DNA of 63,464 nt, filler included, from Reticulomyxa filosa (GCA_000512085.1; 18 parts of 18 records of this genome joined end to end with filler, not necessarily neighbours in it); one strand, 5' to 3'. Positions 1 through 13,150 are shown, numbered from the whole stretch's first letter. The notes: a model not told the origin generated them from the sequence alone. Translations and numbers: made by a program.

Positions 1-162
1 ACTCGTCAAAGAGATGAATGCCGATATCGAAGCAGAATATACAAACCAACATAAATATTTCGAGTGAACAGATATGATCAACATAAACGATCAGAAGGTT
101 TTTTATATGTAAATACTTACATGAGAGAATCTCAGTTAAAAAAAAAAAAGAAATGATTGTAG

Positions 163-1000
163 CTAGTTCCATATTTGAATAGCATGATCATTAGAACATG
201 TAACAATTGTATTGCCATCAGGAGAAACATCCATTCCAATGATAGAACTGGAATAACCGTCTAATGTTTGCATTTCTGTTCCTGATATTATATCATATGA
301 ACGAATTCTCTCATCGTTAGAGGAAGTAATAATAGTTTGACAATCAGGAAGGAATTTAATATCAAAAATAGAATGTGAAATAGTTTGTAATGAATGTAAT
401 TGTTTTCCTGTTTCAATGTCCCATAATCGTATTGTATTGTCATAAGAGCAGGATAAGATACATTTATTATCTGGGGAAAAAATAGCACGCATAATAGCAT
501 CAGAATGTCCAGTAAATTGTTTTAAAATATTACCAGATTGAATGTCCCATAAGATAATAGTATTATCATTAGATGAAGATAAAATGTTTTGACCATTAGA
601 TGAAAATTGTACACTTCTCACAATATCAGAATGTCCTTTTAATTGTTGAAATTGTTTACCAGAATTAATATTAAATATTCTAATTGTTTTATCATTAGAA
701 CATGTGACAATAAGAATACCATCTGGAGAAAAATCTATATCCCATACAGGATCTAAATCTCCATCTTCTATTTTTATTAATTTTTTTTCTGTTTTTATAT
801 CCCATAATCTAATTGTTTTATCCAATGAAGAAGATACTATCATATCACAATACGGTGAAAATTTTGCTAGTAATACATAATCTAAATGTCCTCTAAATGT
901 TTTTATTTGTTTTCCTGACATTACATCCCATAATCTTACTGTTTTATCATTTGAAGATGAAACAATTTTATTGCCATCTGGTGAAAATTTTACACTTCTA
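163..1000 (-). CDS. WD40-repeat protein, 5'-truncated
   Basis: About 6 GH...FSPDG..I.S.S.D.TIR.WD repeats; the frame stays open upstream of the ORF-track start (921) to the contig edge; TAG stop at 163. Confidence 0.93.
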
Positions 1001-1100
1001 NNNNNNNNNNNNNNNNNNNNNNNNNNNNNNNNNNNNNNNNNNNNTTAATTAATTAANNNNNNNNNNNNNNNNNNNNNNNNNNNNNNNNNNNNNNNNNNNN
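1001..1100. other. Artificial contig-joining spacer N44-TTAATTAATTAA-N44 (first of 17; others start at 4421, 5592, 14187, 15702, 16886, 18463, 20551, 25638, 27444, 28710, 34269, 37550, 42133, 45043, 50905, 54192)
   Basis: Identical 100-nt block each time; the core has stop codons in all six frames; genes are cut off abruptly at these points. Confidence 0.98.
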
Positions 1101-1900
1101 GTGTATGTTTGTAGCACTTAACTCCAAAGACAGCAATTTATTTTTTGTATCATGAATTTGATTTGTCAAATGTTGTAAATTGTCCCTGACTTTTTTTGAT
1201 TTTTAGATGTCCAATTTCTTCTTCATATCTATTACAATTAAGAGTTAAAGTGATATTTTCTCCAAGTAAAAATATTCCAAAATTATAATTATTCCATTCA
1301 TTGTTTTTTAATTATTTGTTCATTTTCAGTCACCAATAAAAAATCAACTCCATTTTTCAAATTCGAACTTTGAATGAACGACAACGTATTCTCACATTTT
1401 TTGTGTTGTTTTTCTTTTTTGTTCATTTTTTTGTTTTTCTTCAATTTATGTGTCCATTTGAGATTGAATATTTGTAGTTTGATTTTTTTACTTTGGTTTC
1501 GATGTATTGATCAAATTTGATTTGATATTTTGTTTCAATTGTTTTTTGAATTTAATATTATCTTTTTTTAATGCATTTTTTTTTTTGTAATTCATGCTTT
1601 AAGTTGTCAATATGTTCATTTTGCTGTCTTTTTAAATCAAGAATTGTTTGATTTGCCTCTGTTTTGAATTGTTGGATTCATTTGCAATCTTTTTTATTGA
1701 AATATTATCATTGAAGATGTAGTCGTAATTGTTATCTTGGATATATTCAGAGTTGTATTTGTTGGTTTTTGAAATTAAGATGGACAAATGATTTTGACAA
1801 ATTTTTACAATTTTAAAAGGAAGGCGTAAACCAATATCAGATAGTTGTAAAGTTTCATTGTCACAAAATAAAACAGTTTGTGTATGGAATATTTTATTAT
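1101..1900 (-). pseudogene. Degraded copy of a lineage-expanded coiled-coil protein family (GVDFLLVTEN...WNNYNFGIFLLGENITL motif)
   Basis: Minus-strand fragments SFIQSSNLKNGVDFLLVTENEQ / NYNFGIFLLGENITLTLNC...GHLKIK, interrupted by stops and frameshifts; motif recalled from Reticulomyxa hypothetical proteins. Confidence 0.55.
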
Positions 1901-2384
1901 TTTGATAGAATGAAGAGACACATGTTTATTCAACTATTTCCTTGTTTCCTCGATATTTTGACTTCGTTGTGTTCAATCTTTGCAAAAAAAAGAATGTTCT
2001 TTTCAAGTCATCACAAAGATACAACTGTGATTTATCAATATCCTAATAGCATTACAGTATAAATCCACTTTCCATAGCGGAACGTATAAAGAAGTAATTC
2101 GATATCAAAATCGGATAAATCCATGAGTTTATAAACTAAACATGAAAATAATGTTGTCTTTCAAATATCTTTTATAAATTGGAATAAGCAACAATGTCAA
2201 AGTATGACATTACAACTATGAAACAATAAACACAAATATTGATTATTGAATATGTGGGACTATAGGGGAAAATATTGTTGAAAATCCCCAAAAAAATTAG
2301 AAAGAGTTTTTTTTTCACAAGAAAAATAGTTGGAATTTTCTTTGGAAAAAGCATTAAGTTAAGTTTTGCTTTTCTTTCTTTAGC

Positions 2385-3464
2385 TATAGATTCTTTTACA
2401 TTATTTGTCTCATTTTACAATAGTGGGAAATAAATCAACAACGGAGAAAGCTTTAGTTGTTCGTAAAGCAAACGGATTTAGTGTAATGATTTTTTTTTTT
2501 TGATGTGCTTTGAATTGAATGTATTTTTATAATTAGTATTTTTTTGTAAATATAAATAAATAGTGTAGCCAAGAAGTCACATTTGTTTTAAATTTTTGGA
2601 CTCGATCTTCGTGTATTCAAAAAGGATGGATAATCGATTTTAATAAAATTATTATGCAATATGTTTTGTATATGTTACATATGTACATGTATATACGTAT
2701 GTGCAATTTTTTTTTATTATCTTTTCTTTTGAATATGATTAAATAGGCAAAATATTTCAAACAACTTCCACTCTTTCATAATCATCGTGGGAATATTTTT
2801 ACTGTAAGATTTACAAAAGATAAAAAGCAAATAATAGCATTTGTTGAAAGTAATTTGATTGGAGTATTTGATGATAAATTAAGGAAAATAAAATCCGTGC
2901 AAGAATCACATTGGTACGAAAGTGAAAGATTTGCCGATTATGAAGAAAAAAACGATCGATTTAAGTTATGGCATGATATAGAATATGAAGAAGGAGCTCT
3001 TATTGAAGGTTATGCATGGGGAGATAAATGATGTAAAATTTTCACATAATAATCAACTTATTATTGCCACAGGCCATGGTAAAACTAAAATATGGGATAC
3101 AAAAACAAAGAGAGCAATAATATCAATTGATGATATATACTATTCACAATTATCTCCAGATGATAAATTTGTTTGTGCATGTTCAAATAATAATATTCAA
3201 ATCTGGGATTTATCATCAAGACAACAAGTGCAAGAATTAAAAGGACATTCAAAGGGAATTTCTGCCTTACAATGTTTTCCAAATGGTCAAATGATTGTTT
3301 CATGCTCATATGATAAAACAATGCGAATATGGGATGTAAAAACAGGACAAGAACTTCAAAGATTACAATTGCAGTCAAATTGGATATCAGGAATAGATAT
3401 TTCATCTGATTGTCAAACTATTGTGTCTTGTGAAAGAAATGGAAGAATTCAATTATGGGAATAA
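2385..3464 (+). pseudogene. Intron-containing WD40-repeat gene with a frameshift near 2975-2985 (pseudogene or sequencing error)
   Basis: Exon ..GWIIDFNKIIMQY|intron|AKYFKQL.. leads into WD40 repeats (ORF 2985-3464: LKGHSKGISALQCFPNGQMIVSCSYDKTMRIWD); the upstream frame stops at ~3027; no clear ATG. Confidence 0.7.
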
Positions 3465-4520
3465 ATTTAATATAACATTTATATATTTTTTTATTTTTTA
3501 TTTTTTATTTTTTATTTTTTGAAATTTTGTATTTTTTTTAAGATTTTTTGTTTTATTATTTTTAAACATAATTAATAACAATTTGCAAAAAAAATTATTT
3601 CTTTTAAATATTCATGGGAAACGTATTAAATTGAACTCATTTGTAACACTCTTTTTATATAATGCAAAAATGCCGACAATTGATTATTATCAACAATATA
3701 TCCTCAAAAATTTTGTTTTGAATAATTTGCAAAATGTCCAAAGTGTGACAGCATGGTCCTCTTTTTTGGCTTTGGCGCCACCAAACTCCAGTTCGTGCGT
3801 CGGCAGCAGTTGTTGAGCCCAAGAGATCGGCTTGGCAGGTGCAAACTGTTTCTATAAGGTTTATTTACCTTTTAAAAAAGAGGAATGGGTGACCTTAAAA
3901 AAAAGTTGTTATTCAACACCGAGTTAAATATTATACATTAATTTGATTGGATACACGATTTAAACGTTATATTTATTTGTTTTCATTATTTCTCGTCCTA
4001 TTTAAAGAAATTAATAGGATTTTTTTTAAGAATCCTTGTTGTTGGTGTTATTGTAAAATTTTTTCTCTTTTTTTATTATTTGTGTATCGAAATATGATTA
4101 AATCACAAGAATAATCACTCTTTATCACTTCATGTAACAGCCTCTACAATGAGTTGTTTCTTGTTGTTTATTTCTACTATATCGTGATGACTTTGAACTT
4201 GTATCACGTTCATACGTTAATGGATTGAATTTAGATTTTTTGTTTGACGAATAACTTCAACACCTAAGTCAGCTTTTTTTTGGAAAATTATTTCTTTCTG
4301 TACGAATTATGCGTTTGGGGTACTATGAATGCATGTATCATTTCGAATATGCTTGAATAATTGGATGGTGAGGAAGATGTTTATAAATATCATGTACAGT
4401 ATATCTCTCATTCATTTTTGNNNNNNNNNNNNNNNNNNNNNNNNNNNNNNNNNNNNNNNNNNNNTTAATTAATTAANNNNNNNNNNNNNNNNNNNNNNNN
4501 NNNNNNNNNNNNNNNNNNNN

Positions 4521-5477
4521 ACCGACTGCCATTACCCACATTGGCAGGATGAAGCTGAGGAACGATGGTGAGCCGAAAAATTCACCGATTCCCAACAGAA
4601 TCGCCCCGCAAACCAGCAACGCCATCCCACGCGCCGCGCATCCCGCAATGCCCCATCTGGCTACAAAGGACTTCGCGAAACGGGTTGTCACAATCATGGC
4701 GAGTGCGACAGTGGCGAAAGCCAAACTGAACCCGATTTCGGAATAATCGGCTTGGCCTATGAGCACTCGGGGGGCTGTCGAGAAGAAGACGAAGAAGGTG
4801 CCCATGCCAGCGCTAAAGCCGACCGTGTAAACCCAAAAGGTTGGACTCACGAAGATAGGCAAAACGGAACGGCGTGTGTTTACTTCATCCGAGGGGCGGG
4901 TTTCGTGCCATCTGAAACCGGCGTTCAAGAGTGCAGGCAACGCAAGTGCAGCCAGCGTGACGAATATCGCCCGCCATCCGAAAAACTCGCCGATCAGTGC
5001 TCCGGCGATGGGGCCAAGGGCGGGCACGAAGGCCAGCATCGAACTGAAAAGACCGTAGATGACGACACCCTCGGGGCGGCTGGCATAAACGTCGCGAACC
5101 GTCGCGAACGTCGCTACCAACGCCGCCGACGCGCCGACCGCTTGTAGCAGGCGAAAAGCGACGAAGGCTGCGGCCGTTGACGACCATGCCGCTCCGAGAG
5201 AAGCGACGATGAAAAGCGCCCCACCCGCAAGCAAGATCGGCCGTCGCCCGATGCGATCCGATATTGGGCCAAAGATCACCTGTCCCACGCCGAGCATGAC
5301 CATGTAGAGGCTCAACGTGAGCTGGATCATGGATGGCGTCGTGTTTAGGATGCCGGGCATCGCTGGGACGACGGGGAGATAAATATCCATCGCCAGTGAC
5401 GCGAGGATGTCGAAGGGAGCCATCAGCAGCAGGGCTGCCGGCAACGTATAGGCCCACGCGGGGCGTGTGATAGTCAT
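4521..5477 (-). CDS. floR: FloR-type chloramphenicol/florfenicol efflux MFS transporter (CmlA/FloR family), divergent allele, 3'-truncated; bacterial contig
   Basis: MTITRPAWAYTLPAALLLMAPFDILASLAMDIYLPVVPAMPG matches the FloR N-terminus; MFS motif A (GPISDRIGRRP); intronless and GC-rich, unlike all other contigs. Confidence 0.95.
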
Positions 5478-5550
5478 GACGAATCAACCGCTCGATTAAA
5501 GATTCCGGGCGGCGTCTGCTCGTCAACAATCAGATTGGGATTGATCTTAC

Positions 5551-5591
5551 AGAACGCCGCAACAACAGTGCTTGTTGTTGCGGCTTACTTG
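5551..5591 (-). promoter_or_regulatory. cmlA/floR-type translational attenuator: end of the leader peptide (..K-stop) plus a 12-bp perfect hairpin
   Basis: Minus strand reads c AAG TAA GCCGCAACAACA-agcac-TGTTGTTGCGGC gttct (stem 5556-5567/5573-5584), ~80 nt upstream of the ATG; same layout as the cmlA leader (MSTSKNADK*) followed by its inverted repeat. Confidence 0.8.
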
Positions 5592-5691
5592 NNNNNNNNN
5601 NNNNNNNNNNNNNNNNNNNNNNNNNNNNNNNNNNNTTAATTAATTAANNNNNNNNNNNNNNNNNNNNNNNNNNNNNNNNNNNNNNNNNNNN

Positions 5692-8600
5692 TAATTGTGC
5701 CTTACCTAATAAACTCCAAACTTCTGGTTTGTCCCAGTATTGAGCAAATTCGGTACCTCGTTCAATATCTTTCAAGTTCTCCAAAAGCACTTTGGCAGCT
5801 TCCAATCCTTTCTTGAATTTTTTGTAAATCAAAAATCCTTCTTCGTACAATTTGTACTGTTCGGAAATGCAAATATTGGCCAAATCAGGTCCGTCGAAGT
5901 TGTCCAAGCGTTCAACATAACCAGCAACACGTGTAGAATCGGCCTTAATTGCGGTGAGGATTAACAAGTTTTGTAAATTCTTGTTATTGCGGAAATTGTA
6001 ATCGGCTGAATTGCTCAAAACGATGCGTTCCAACAATTCGATCAATTCATTGGGAAGATTAGCTGCCATAAAAGCTTTAACAGTATTGGATACTTCATCA
6101 GGGTTGCGTGATTCTGGCAATGCAGTGGATACCACTTGATCAATCAACGATCTTCGTTGTTCGTTTTGTTCTGCCAATACCAAAGCCCACAAGTCTGCAT
6201 CTTGTCTTTCCACACAATATCTTGCTTGATCTTTGAAAAAGCCATGTTTGTTGGTAATGTTTACGAGTTCTTTGTCACACTTTCCCCAGGCACGCTTGTA
6301 CGCAATAAATGCTAAGTGCGGATCTCTGCTTTCGCAGTATTGTCCAACTTCCATTGAATCATAAAATTTGTTGTTCATCAAGAAATGTTGAGGATTGTTG
6401 TTGATGTCAATGTAAATCTTTGCCAAAGCATTGTGCAGCGCAGCATCTTCCAAGCCTTCATGGAATCGGCTTTCCAACCATGGCAAAAGCAACGTCAATC
6501 GAACTCGTTTCTCAACTTCTTCCACTAATTCTTTCACTGGACATTGTGGCGGTCTAACGCTATTTATTAAATTTCGGATTTGATCTTCTGGTGCATTCAA
6601 ATCAATGAGAGATCCAACCACTTTGGGAGTAGCGCCAGGGTTCATTCGTTGCACATACACCTCAATGAAACGGTATAATTGGTTTGTGTACAAATAACTG
6701 GTCAACTCATCCACATAACCATGACGATCGCAAACATGAATCAAAGGTCTTGGATCTTTGATTTTGTTTGATTCCAACAAAAATGCTTTTACTTTATCGG
6801 GATCGTAGTGGTTATTTTCTCGGCATATTAATTCAATTTGTGCTACTTGTCCGACTTCAGCAGCAGCTTGAATATATTTGAAAACTACATCAGCATTTTC
6901 GGTGGAATTTACCATACTTCCCAAATACAAGTAAAGTCCGGACCAGCTATTTATCATTGAAATTTAAAACAACACATCAATGTTATAAAAATGTCCACAA
7001 AAAGGAAAAAGAGGAAAAAGAAAAAAGTAAAAATTGTAAACAAACCATTCAAAGTCTTGGAACAATTGTATCAGTTTTTCAACTGTCAATTGTTCAGAGT
7101 ATCTTTTGGCAACTTCGACGACCAGTTGCAAGTTTGTGCCGGTACTTGAGTATTTCAACAAATCTTTCAAACAGCTCAATGCATCTTCTGGTGTCAAATC
7201 ACCAAAGAATTGCAACAAAAAGTCTGGCTTGAATGCATTGCTGCCCAATCCCATTTGCAGAACACGTTTAATGTCTTCCAAATTCTATTCGTACAAGCAA
7301 AAGGAAAAGTTTGAAATTTTTTAAAAAGATATAAGCATTAATTATACAATTACTAACATCATAAAGAGTCAAGGCGCAATCGAACAAACGGGCGGATTCA
7401 CACAATTTTGCAATATAAGCTTTATCGTAATAAGAGAATTTGTAGTCTTCTGATTCCAAAATAGCTTTGGCGACTTGTGGAGCAGCTCGCAAATTGATTT
7501 CCAGTAATTTTGTTTGCAATTCGGCATCTTCTTCTCGGTCGCCACGATTTCGTAAGTAATCAAGCAAAAATTCGGGGTTTTTTCAACATCATTGCGTCCA
7601 CCTCCCAACAATACATTCATGACATCAGCGGCGGACAAAAAGCTTTGGTCAATCAATGATTGAGCAAATTCCTTGACATCATCACGACGCATTTGGTGTA
7701 CATACGCCAACAAGTCGGGCCATTTTGGCGTATAGTTTGCCTGTTTGCAATACTCGATAACTCGCGAGGCTTGTCCCAATTGAATGAAACACAAAATAGT
7801 TTTTTGAGGAATATTCGCTCCATAATAAACAGCTGCTGCCAACTTTACATCGAATGGAGCCAACGCGTCACCCAACTCTTCTGATTTTTCCAATTTGTCT
7901 TCTTTTAAAAATTGTTCGATTCGTTGTTTGCCAACGTCTGGTTTAAATTGCAAAATGCGACGGCATAACTCTACGCTCTCCAATTTGTTCAAAGATCCTT
8001 GTTTCAGCAGCAATTGATAGTACTGTAAATCCGGTGGAGGTTGGTTGGGCTGAGGTGGGACTTGTTTGAGAGCAGCAATAGTGCGGTCGTTACGCAATGC
8101 CGGACATTTCGCTGCCATTTCAACTGCGCCAGTGAAATTGCCTTGACGCAACAGCGAATCAAATTTTTTTTGCAATACCTCATCTCCACCAAAAAAACCC
8201 AACTCGGCAAACTTTTCGCCCAGTTCTGCGTCTCCAACGACTTCAGTGACGTAATTGACAAAATTTTTTTCGTCAATGTTGAAACTTATAACTTGGCCAC
8301 TTCGGTCAACGGTGAGAACACCACCTGATTCTACATCTGACACTGCCAAAAACATTGTCGTCTGAACAGTTTTATTTTGCACGATTAAAAACCCCACCCG
8401 CCTTCTTTAGTGCTTAATCGTAAATATGTCACAACAATATTTTTTTATTCGAACATTTCAAAATAAATAACAAACAACTCTTTTAACTTTGGACACTTGT
8501 TTATTGAACAAGCATTTGCCAGTGGAAATATCAAAGAGGAGAATGAATCCCGCTTGAGTGAAGGCATACAAACAACGATATTTGGCACTTGATGCTATAG

Positions 8601-10101
8601 AAACAATGAAATCGTTGGAATTCTGAAATGAAACCTCAGATTGCACTTTGTGAGGTGTGCTTCCACCACCAACCTCCACTATGAACAATTTCGTTGCACT
8701 CTGCCCAACCCCCATCAACAAACACGTTACAAAACGTATACTTCATCAAAATTTTTTTTTGCTGTTTCTTTAGCTTTTTATTTTCCTTCCCATCACCTTT
8801 TTTTTTTTGTATATCTCTTTTCTCTACCCTTTTACTAAACTCCATCAGATCTAGTGAAGCAAAATAAAGTAGATGGAGAATCTCGTCCACTCAAAGTGAC
8901 TTCTGCAAAACACCCACCATGTGCGTTCATTTTTGGTTGGTAGCGCTTATGTTGCACGCTGTACAATTGTAATACACCTTCAATTTTTTGTGTTTCTGCA
9001 TTTTTCGTGATTCCTTGCAAAAACAGCCAGTTGCCATCTTTGCTCGAATCGTAGTTGATAATTTGAACTTGGCGTTGTTCTGCCTCTATTTCGAACTTTT
9101 TTTCAGGGGTTGCGTCACCTTTTTGTTTTCCCAGTCGCATGAAGGAAAAAAAAACCAACAACAATAACAAACATGTGTCAATATCGGTTATTCTTTCTAT
9201 AAGCTCCCCCTTGCTGTTCTTTCGACTCTTCCTCTTAAAACATTCACACAATCACTACCTTCCACACTCCAATGGAATACTGCCGAACCGGTCACATACG
9301 CAATGGTACGACCATCCAACCATCTCCAAAACAAAACTGTGTCATTCACTTCGGTCGTTTTCATTCTTGATTTCAGGTCAAGGTTATAAATTTGCAAACT
9401 ATTTTTTGCTTTTTAGTTTTTTATTATTACTGTTGTTGTTGTGCATTGACTGGAGGTGTTTTTATTCTTTTCTCTCAAAACCCAGTTTTTTATGTCCATT
9501 TTTGCGTGCCTTTCTTCCCCTCCCCCTTTTTTTTTATTGACCTATTCCCATTTCCCTTTTTTGTTAATTTGATGGAACCATCCTAAAAATAAATTTTTTC
9601 GCAACCTTGCTTATTGTCGCTTTGGGTTGGAAACAACAATATGTAAGAGAGAAAGTACATGAGAGGAATATAAAAAAAAACATCAAAAAGCAAAACGAAG
9701 CAAATTACCTCGCAAGCCCATCACCTATTACAAAAAATAAAAATTTACGTATACCAAATAAGTTTAAAAAAAAAAAAACAGGTCGAACATTGCTTATCGG
9801 GTTCAAAATAGCAGAATCCACAGAAACCGGCAACGCTGTTGCTTTCTTTGTTGCAATGCTGACAATGTGGATCTTGCCCTCTTCTCTTACAACAACAAAA
9901 CGCGGGTTTTCTGCTGTAACGCCACCAAATTTTATTGACTGCTGAGCTATTCCTAAATCTGACAGCTTTTTTATTTATTTTTTTGTAAGGGTCATTATTT
10001 TTTTTACAAAAAGGAATTGTTACAAAAGAAGACGCTTGCTTTAATTTTTATACCTGAAGGATTTGTTGTGCCTTCAGCGGGGACTGAGGAGCTTGCGACA
10101 T
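5692..10101 (-). CDS. CLTC: Clathrin heavy chain, multi-exon, 3'-truncated
   Basis: Inferred GT-AG exons: 10101-10054 (MSQAPQSPLKAQQILQ), 9965-9789 (..VDSAILNP), 9724-9709, 9449-9431, 9398-9259 (LQIYN..FWRW), 9118-8841, 8700-8488, 8361-7358 (1-nt frameshift ~7575), 7284-7046, 6946-5692 (DPRPLIHVCDRHGYVDEL, HNALAKIYID, RDPHLAFIAY, LQNLLILTAIKAD). Confidence 0.97.
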
Positions 10102-10280
10102 CAGAACAATTTCCAGCGATTACCAAAATTTCAAACAGAAACACTGATCCCGGGACAACCACAAACTCTGTAAGTTTTTCGTTCAGCAAAAACATAGTCG
10201 GAGTGCAAAGTGCCATTGTAGGCTTTGTTCAGTAATTTTACATTTTGTTAAATACAATTGAGCTTCTATCTTGTATCTTG

Positions 10281-10385
10281 CAAAAGAATGCTACAGGACA
10301 TGTTGTAGCGTGGTAACTGCTATTTTCACTAACAGTACTTTTTTTAAAAAAACAACAAGTGCGTCAGTAAACTTTTACAATAATT
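10281..10385 (+). repeat. Diverged ~100-bp direct repeat, copy 1 (copy 2 at 13151-13230)
   Basis: caaaagaatgctac-aggacatgttgtagcgtggtaactgctattttcactaaca aligns with caaataatactaccaagatattatgtagcattgtaactgctattttcactgaca. Confidence 0.75.
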
Positions 10386-12009
10386 CATCCTTTCTATGTC
10401 ATGTTCCTTTCATTTTAAGTTTACTTTTTACGGCTTCTTTTTTTGTTAAAAAAACTGATATCATAAAATACCTCAATTTTTTAAATAAATTTCATAGAGT
10501 AGCACAAATTTTGTAATTTTACAATATTTTCTAAAAGACAACACAAAAGAACAATTTAACGAAAAAAATCGAGGCTTTTTGAATCAAGAAAAATTGTGCC
10601 TTAAAAAACACCAATTAACGCACAAACTAAAATCATTTCTGGTTCAAATCTTTTTCGTATCTATTCAATCAAATATCTTTTGTTAGACCAAATCCAAACT
10701 ACGTGAAGAATAACAATTAAAAACTAGGTCAGATTAACTTTTTTCGAACATTCAGATAGGAAGTGACAATTGGAAGTCTTCAATTTCAAATAGTCAAAAG
10801 CAAAACGAGATTGCAAAAGACAAGTAAAGCAGAAGTGAATATGGAGAAAAGGAAAAGGTTTAAAGGTTTATTTAATTTATTAACAAAAATTTGAAATAAG
10901 ATGACTGCTCATCCCCACTGATACTGTCATCTCGGTATCATAATCAAGTCACACTATTGCTCACTTTACATTATGAGTTTACATTTTGTAAGTTTATATC
11001 TTATTTAGTTTGAACTTAATTTATTTTATGTTATATTTCTACCCTTAAGTTTTATTAAAATTTTTGATTTGATTGGTAAATATTTTCTTTTTATGATTAC
11101 ATAAATTAATTTTTATATTCGAGAAAACAATTTCTAAGATTTATTTGTATTGATTTCTTCAACAAAGCTCCAAGCCATGTTATAATGCTTCACTTTTTTT
11201 CATGTTAGAAATTGTTATACAAAAAGTATGACAACAATTTGTTTGTAATTCTATGAAATAACACAAAAGAAAAGCTTTGATCATAAACGAAAAAGAAATA
11301 CAAACAATTTTTTTTTTGTTCTTCGAAACACTTCTACAATTTGCTTTCATTGGTACACATTTGCTTGAAGAATAAAAATGCTATTATCTCTACTAATTTT
11401 AATTGTATGTCTAACTTTTCCAAATTTAGCAGATGATGAGGCAAATAATAAGCTGTCTGACTTATTGCAGCGCTCAGCCTTAACACCCAAGATCAGTTTT
11501 TCAGTGACTTTGAGGTGAGCAAGTGGCAGCAAAGAGGCTTGTTGAATAAGAAGAAAAACTTGAGCACGGACGTTGAGTGGGTTTTTGATAATTCAATAGG
11601 GGTCGGGTCATGATCCCCTTGCACTACTACTGTGAGTTGATGAATTGCAACCAACTGTTGCTATGAAAGCAGCCCAACGGCAAGATCAAACAAGTCATCC
11701 ATATTTCGTTTATCCAAAGCAACATAGTCAATGACAAACTGACAATCCACAAAGACGCCGAAGTCTAGGACACAAGCAATGTGAAGCATAACCTCGCCAA
11801 TCAGGAACAGCATAAACAAGATGATAATGACGATAGTGTGTACCAGTTAAGCCTTCTACTAATGATTTATTTTTGGCTCACTTGGAATCGCAAGAAGCAC
11901 ATCACACTTCTAAATTGTTTTCCCCTTCAGGTTTCATTCTTTTTTTTCATATTGCATATTGCACATATGTATACATATATGTATATATGTCTATATTTAT
12001 AACCGATAG

Positions 12010-12532
12010 GAAAGGGTTTTGTTATTGGTGGTTGGTAAAAGCATTTATATTGTGTCGACCGCTACGGAAAAAGATAAAGAGCGCTTTTCCACACTGATTG
12101 TCCATTGCACTTTGATCACATACTAAAACATGGCCTTTTTATTCACATGCCATACTAATTATTGTGAAAGGAATGGATTTAATAAACGTAATGTCAATCC
12201 CTTTACATATCTACAAAAGCCTCTACACGACGCTTGCTGCGTCCACTGAATTGGTGTTGCATGCTCGTAAATCGCCGTATTTATCAATCCAAACTATCTT
12301 GTCAACGTATTTTTTGTCCGTAACGACATGGATACAGACAGGATTGGGCATCCATACTCTTCTATCTAATGTCCCGATTCATTGGGCGTCAATGCATCAA
12401 GCAGGCTCCTTGATTGTTTTGGGACTTGCTGTCTGGTTGACGTTTTTGTGTCGTCGTGGAGGTTATGGTGGTTCCAGATCTTTGATGCAACAATTGGTTA
12501 AACATAGCAAACACAAATTTTTCATTGTCTAA
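12010..12532 (+). pseudogene. COX15: COX15 (heme A synthase) fragment, internally deleted and degraded
   Basis: C-terminal motif QTGLGIHTLLSNVPIHWASMHQAGSL matches COX15 Q.xLGI.TLL..VP..LA..HQ.GS; KGFCYWWLVKAF resembles QG..GWWMVKSG; the conserved middle region is missing and stops intervene. Confidence 0.72.
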
Positions 12533-13150
12533 AACATCAACAGTATCGACAAAACAAACTTTAGATTTTGTTTTTTTTATTATTTCATTTTACCGGATTC
12601 AGAAACAAGAACCTTTACAAAACGCATAATAGTGTTTACTTTTTTTTTGTTTTCATTCTATATCTTTTTCTTATATAATAATAAAATATCAATTATCACC
12701 TCCTGTCATAAAGTATACTAAATAATTGAGTAAGAGAAATAATCAACTTGGCGAATTTTGTATAAGTGATTTATTCGACTTTAATGTTTAACAAATAATT
12801 TTGCATTTCTATTCCGAGTCAAAAAATGAAAACATCAACAAAACATCTAGCAAATAACTTTTTTTATGATAATAAATGAAAAAAAATTATCTTAATATGT
12901 ATGATCCAGAACGCCCCCCCTTGCGGTAAGCAACATCGCATATCAATAATTTTTTTTAATTGTTGTTACACTTCTTGTAGAACAAGCCTCGTTGAGGTAG
13001 TCAAGAATCTTATTCAACCCTTGCTCCCTCAGGTCTTATAAATTTTCATGCGCCACACTTTTTTTTTTTACAAATGGAAATTTCTTCAATTTTTTTTCAA
13101 TTCAACAAATTTTATCATTTTCTAATCCTGAATCAATTTGTGCTTCTTTT

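Noticed and set aside
1045-1056. Recurring TTAATTAATTAA as a biological motif
   Set aside because: Always centred in N-runs; it is an artificial six-frame stop linker.
3745-3855. GC-richer island as an ncRNA
   Set aside because: Reads as an orphan minus-strand exon (tag|KQFAPAKPISWAQQLLPTHELEFGG) near other decayed fragments; no convincing structure.
4885-5529. Overlapping 214-aa ORF and antisense ORFs in floR
   Set aside because: Expected shadow frames in GC-rich coding DNA; no recognisable features.
4421-5691. floR inserted next to clathrin as a horizontal transfer into the eukaryote
   Set aside because: Bounded by spacers on both sides, with no host-like flank, introns or compositional amelioration; the adjacency is artificial.
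7570-7585. Programmed -1 frameshift in clathrin at AAAAAAC
   Set aside because: The heptamer is not in the required X XXY YYZ phase; a sequencing error is simpler.
9542-9619. Alternative clathrin path using 14-nt and 41-nt exons with a 23-nt intron
   Set aside because: Frame-compatible, but the peptide does not resemble clathrin; the 19-nt exon gives the conserved HLQIYN.
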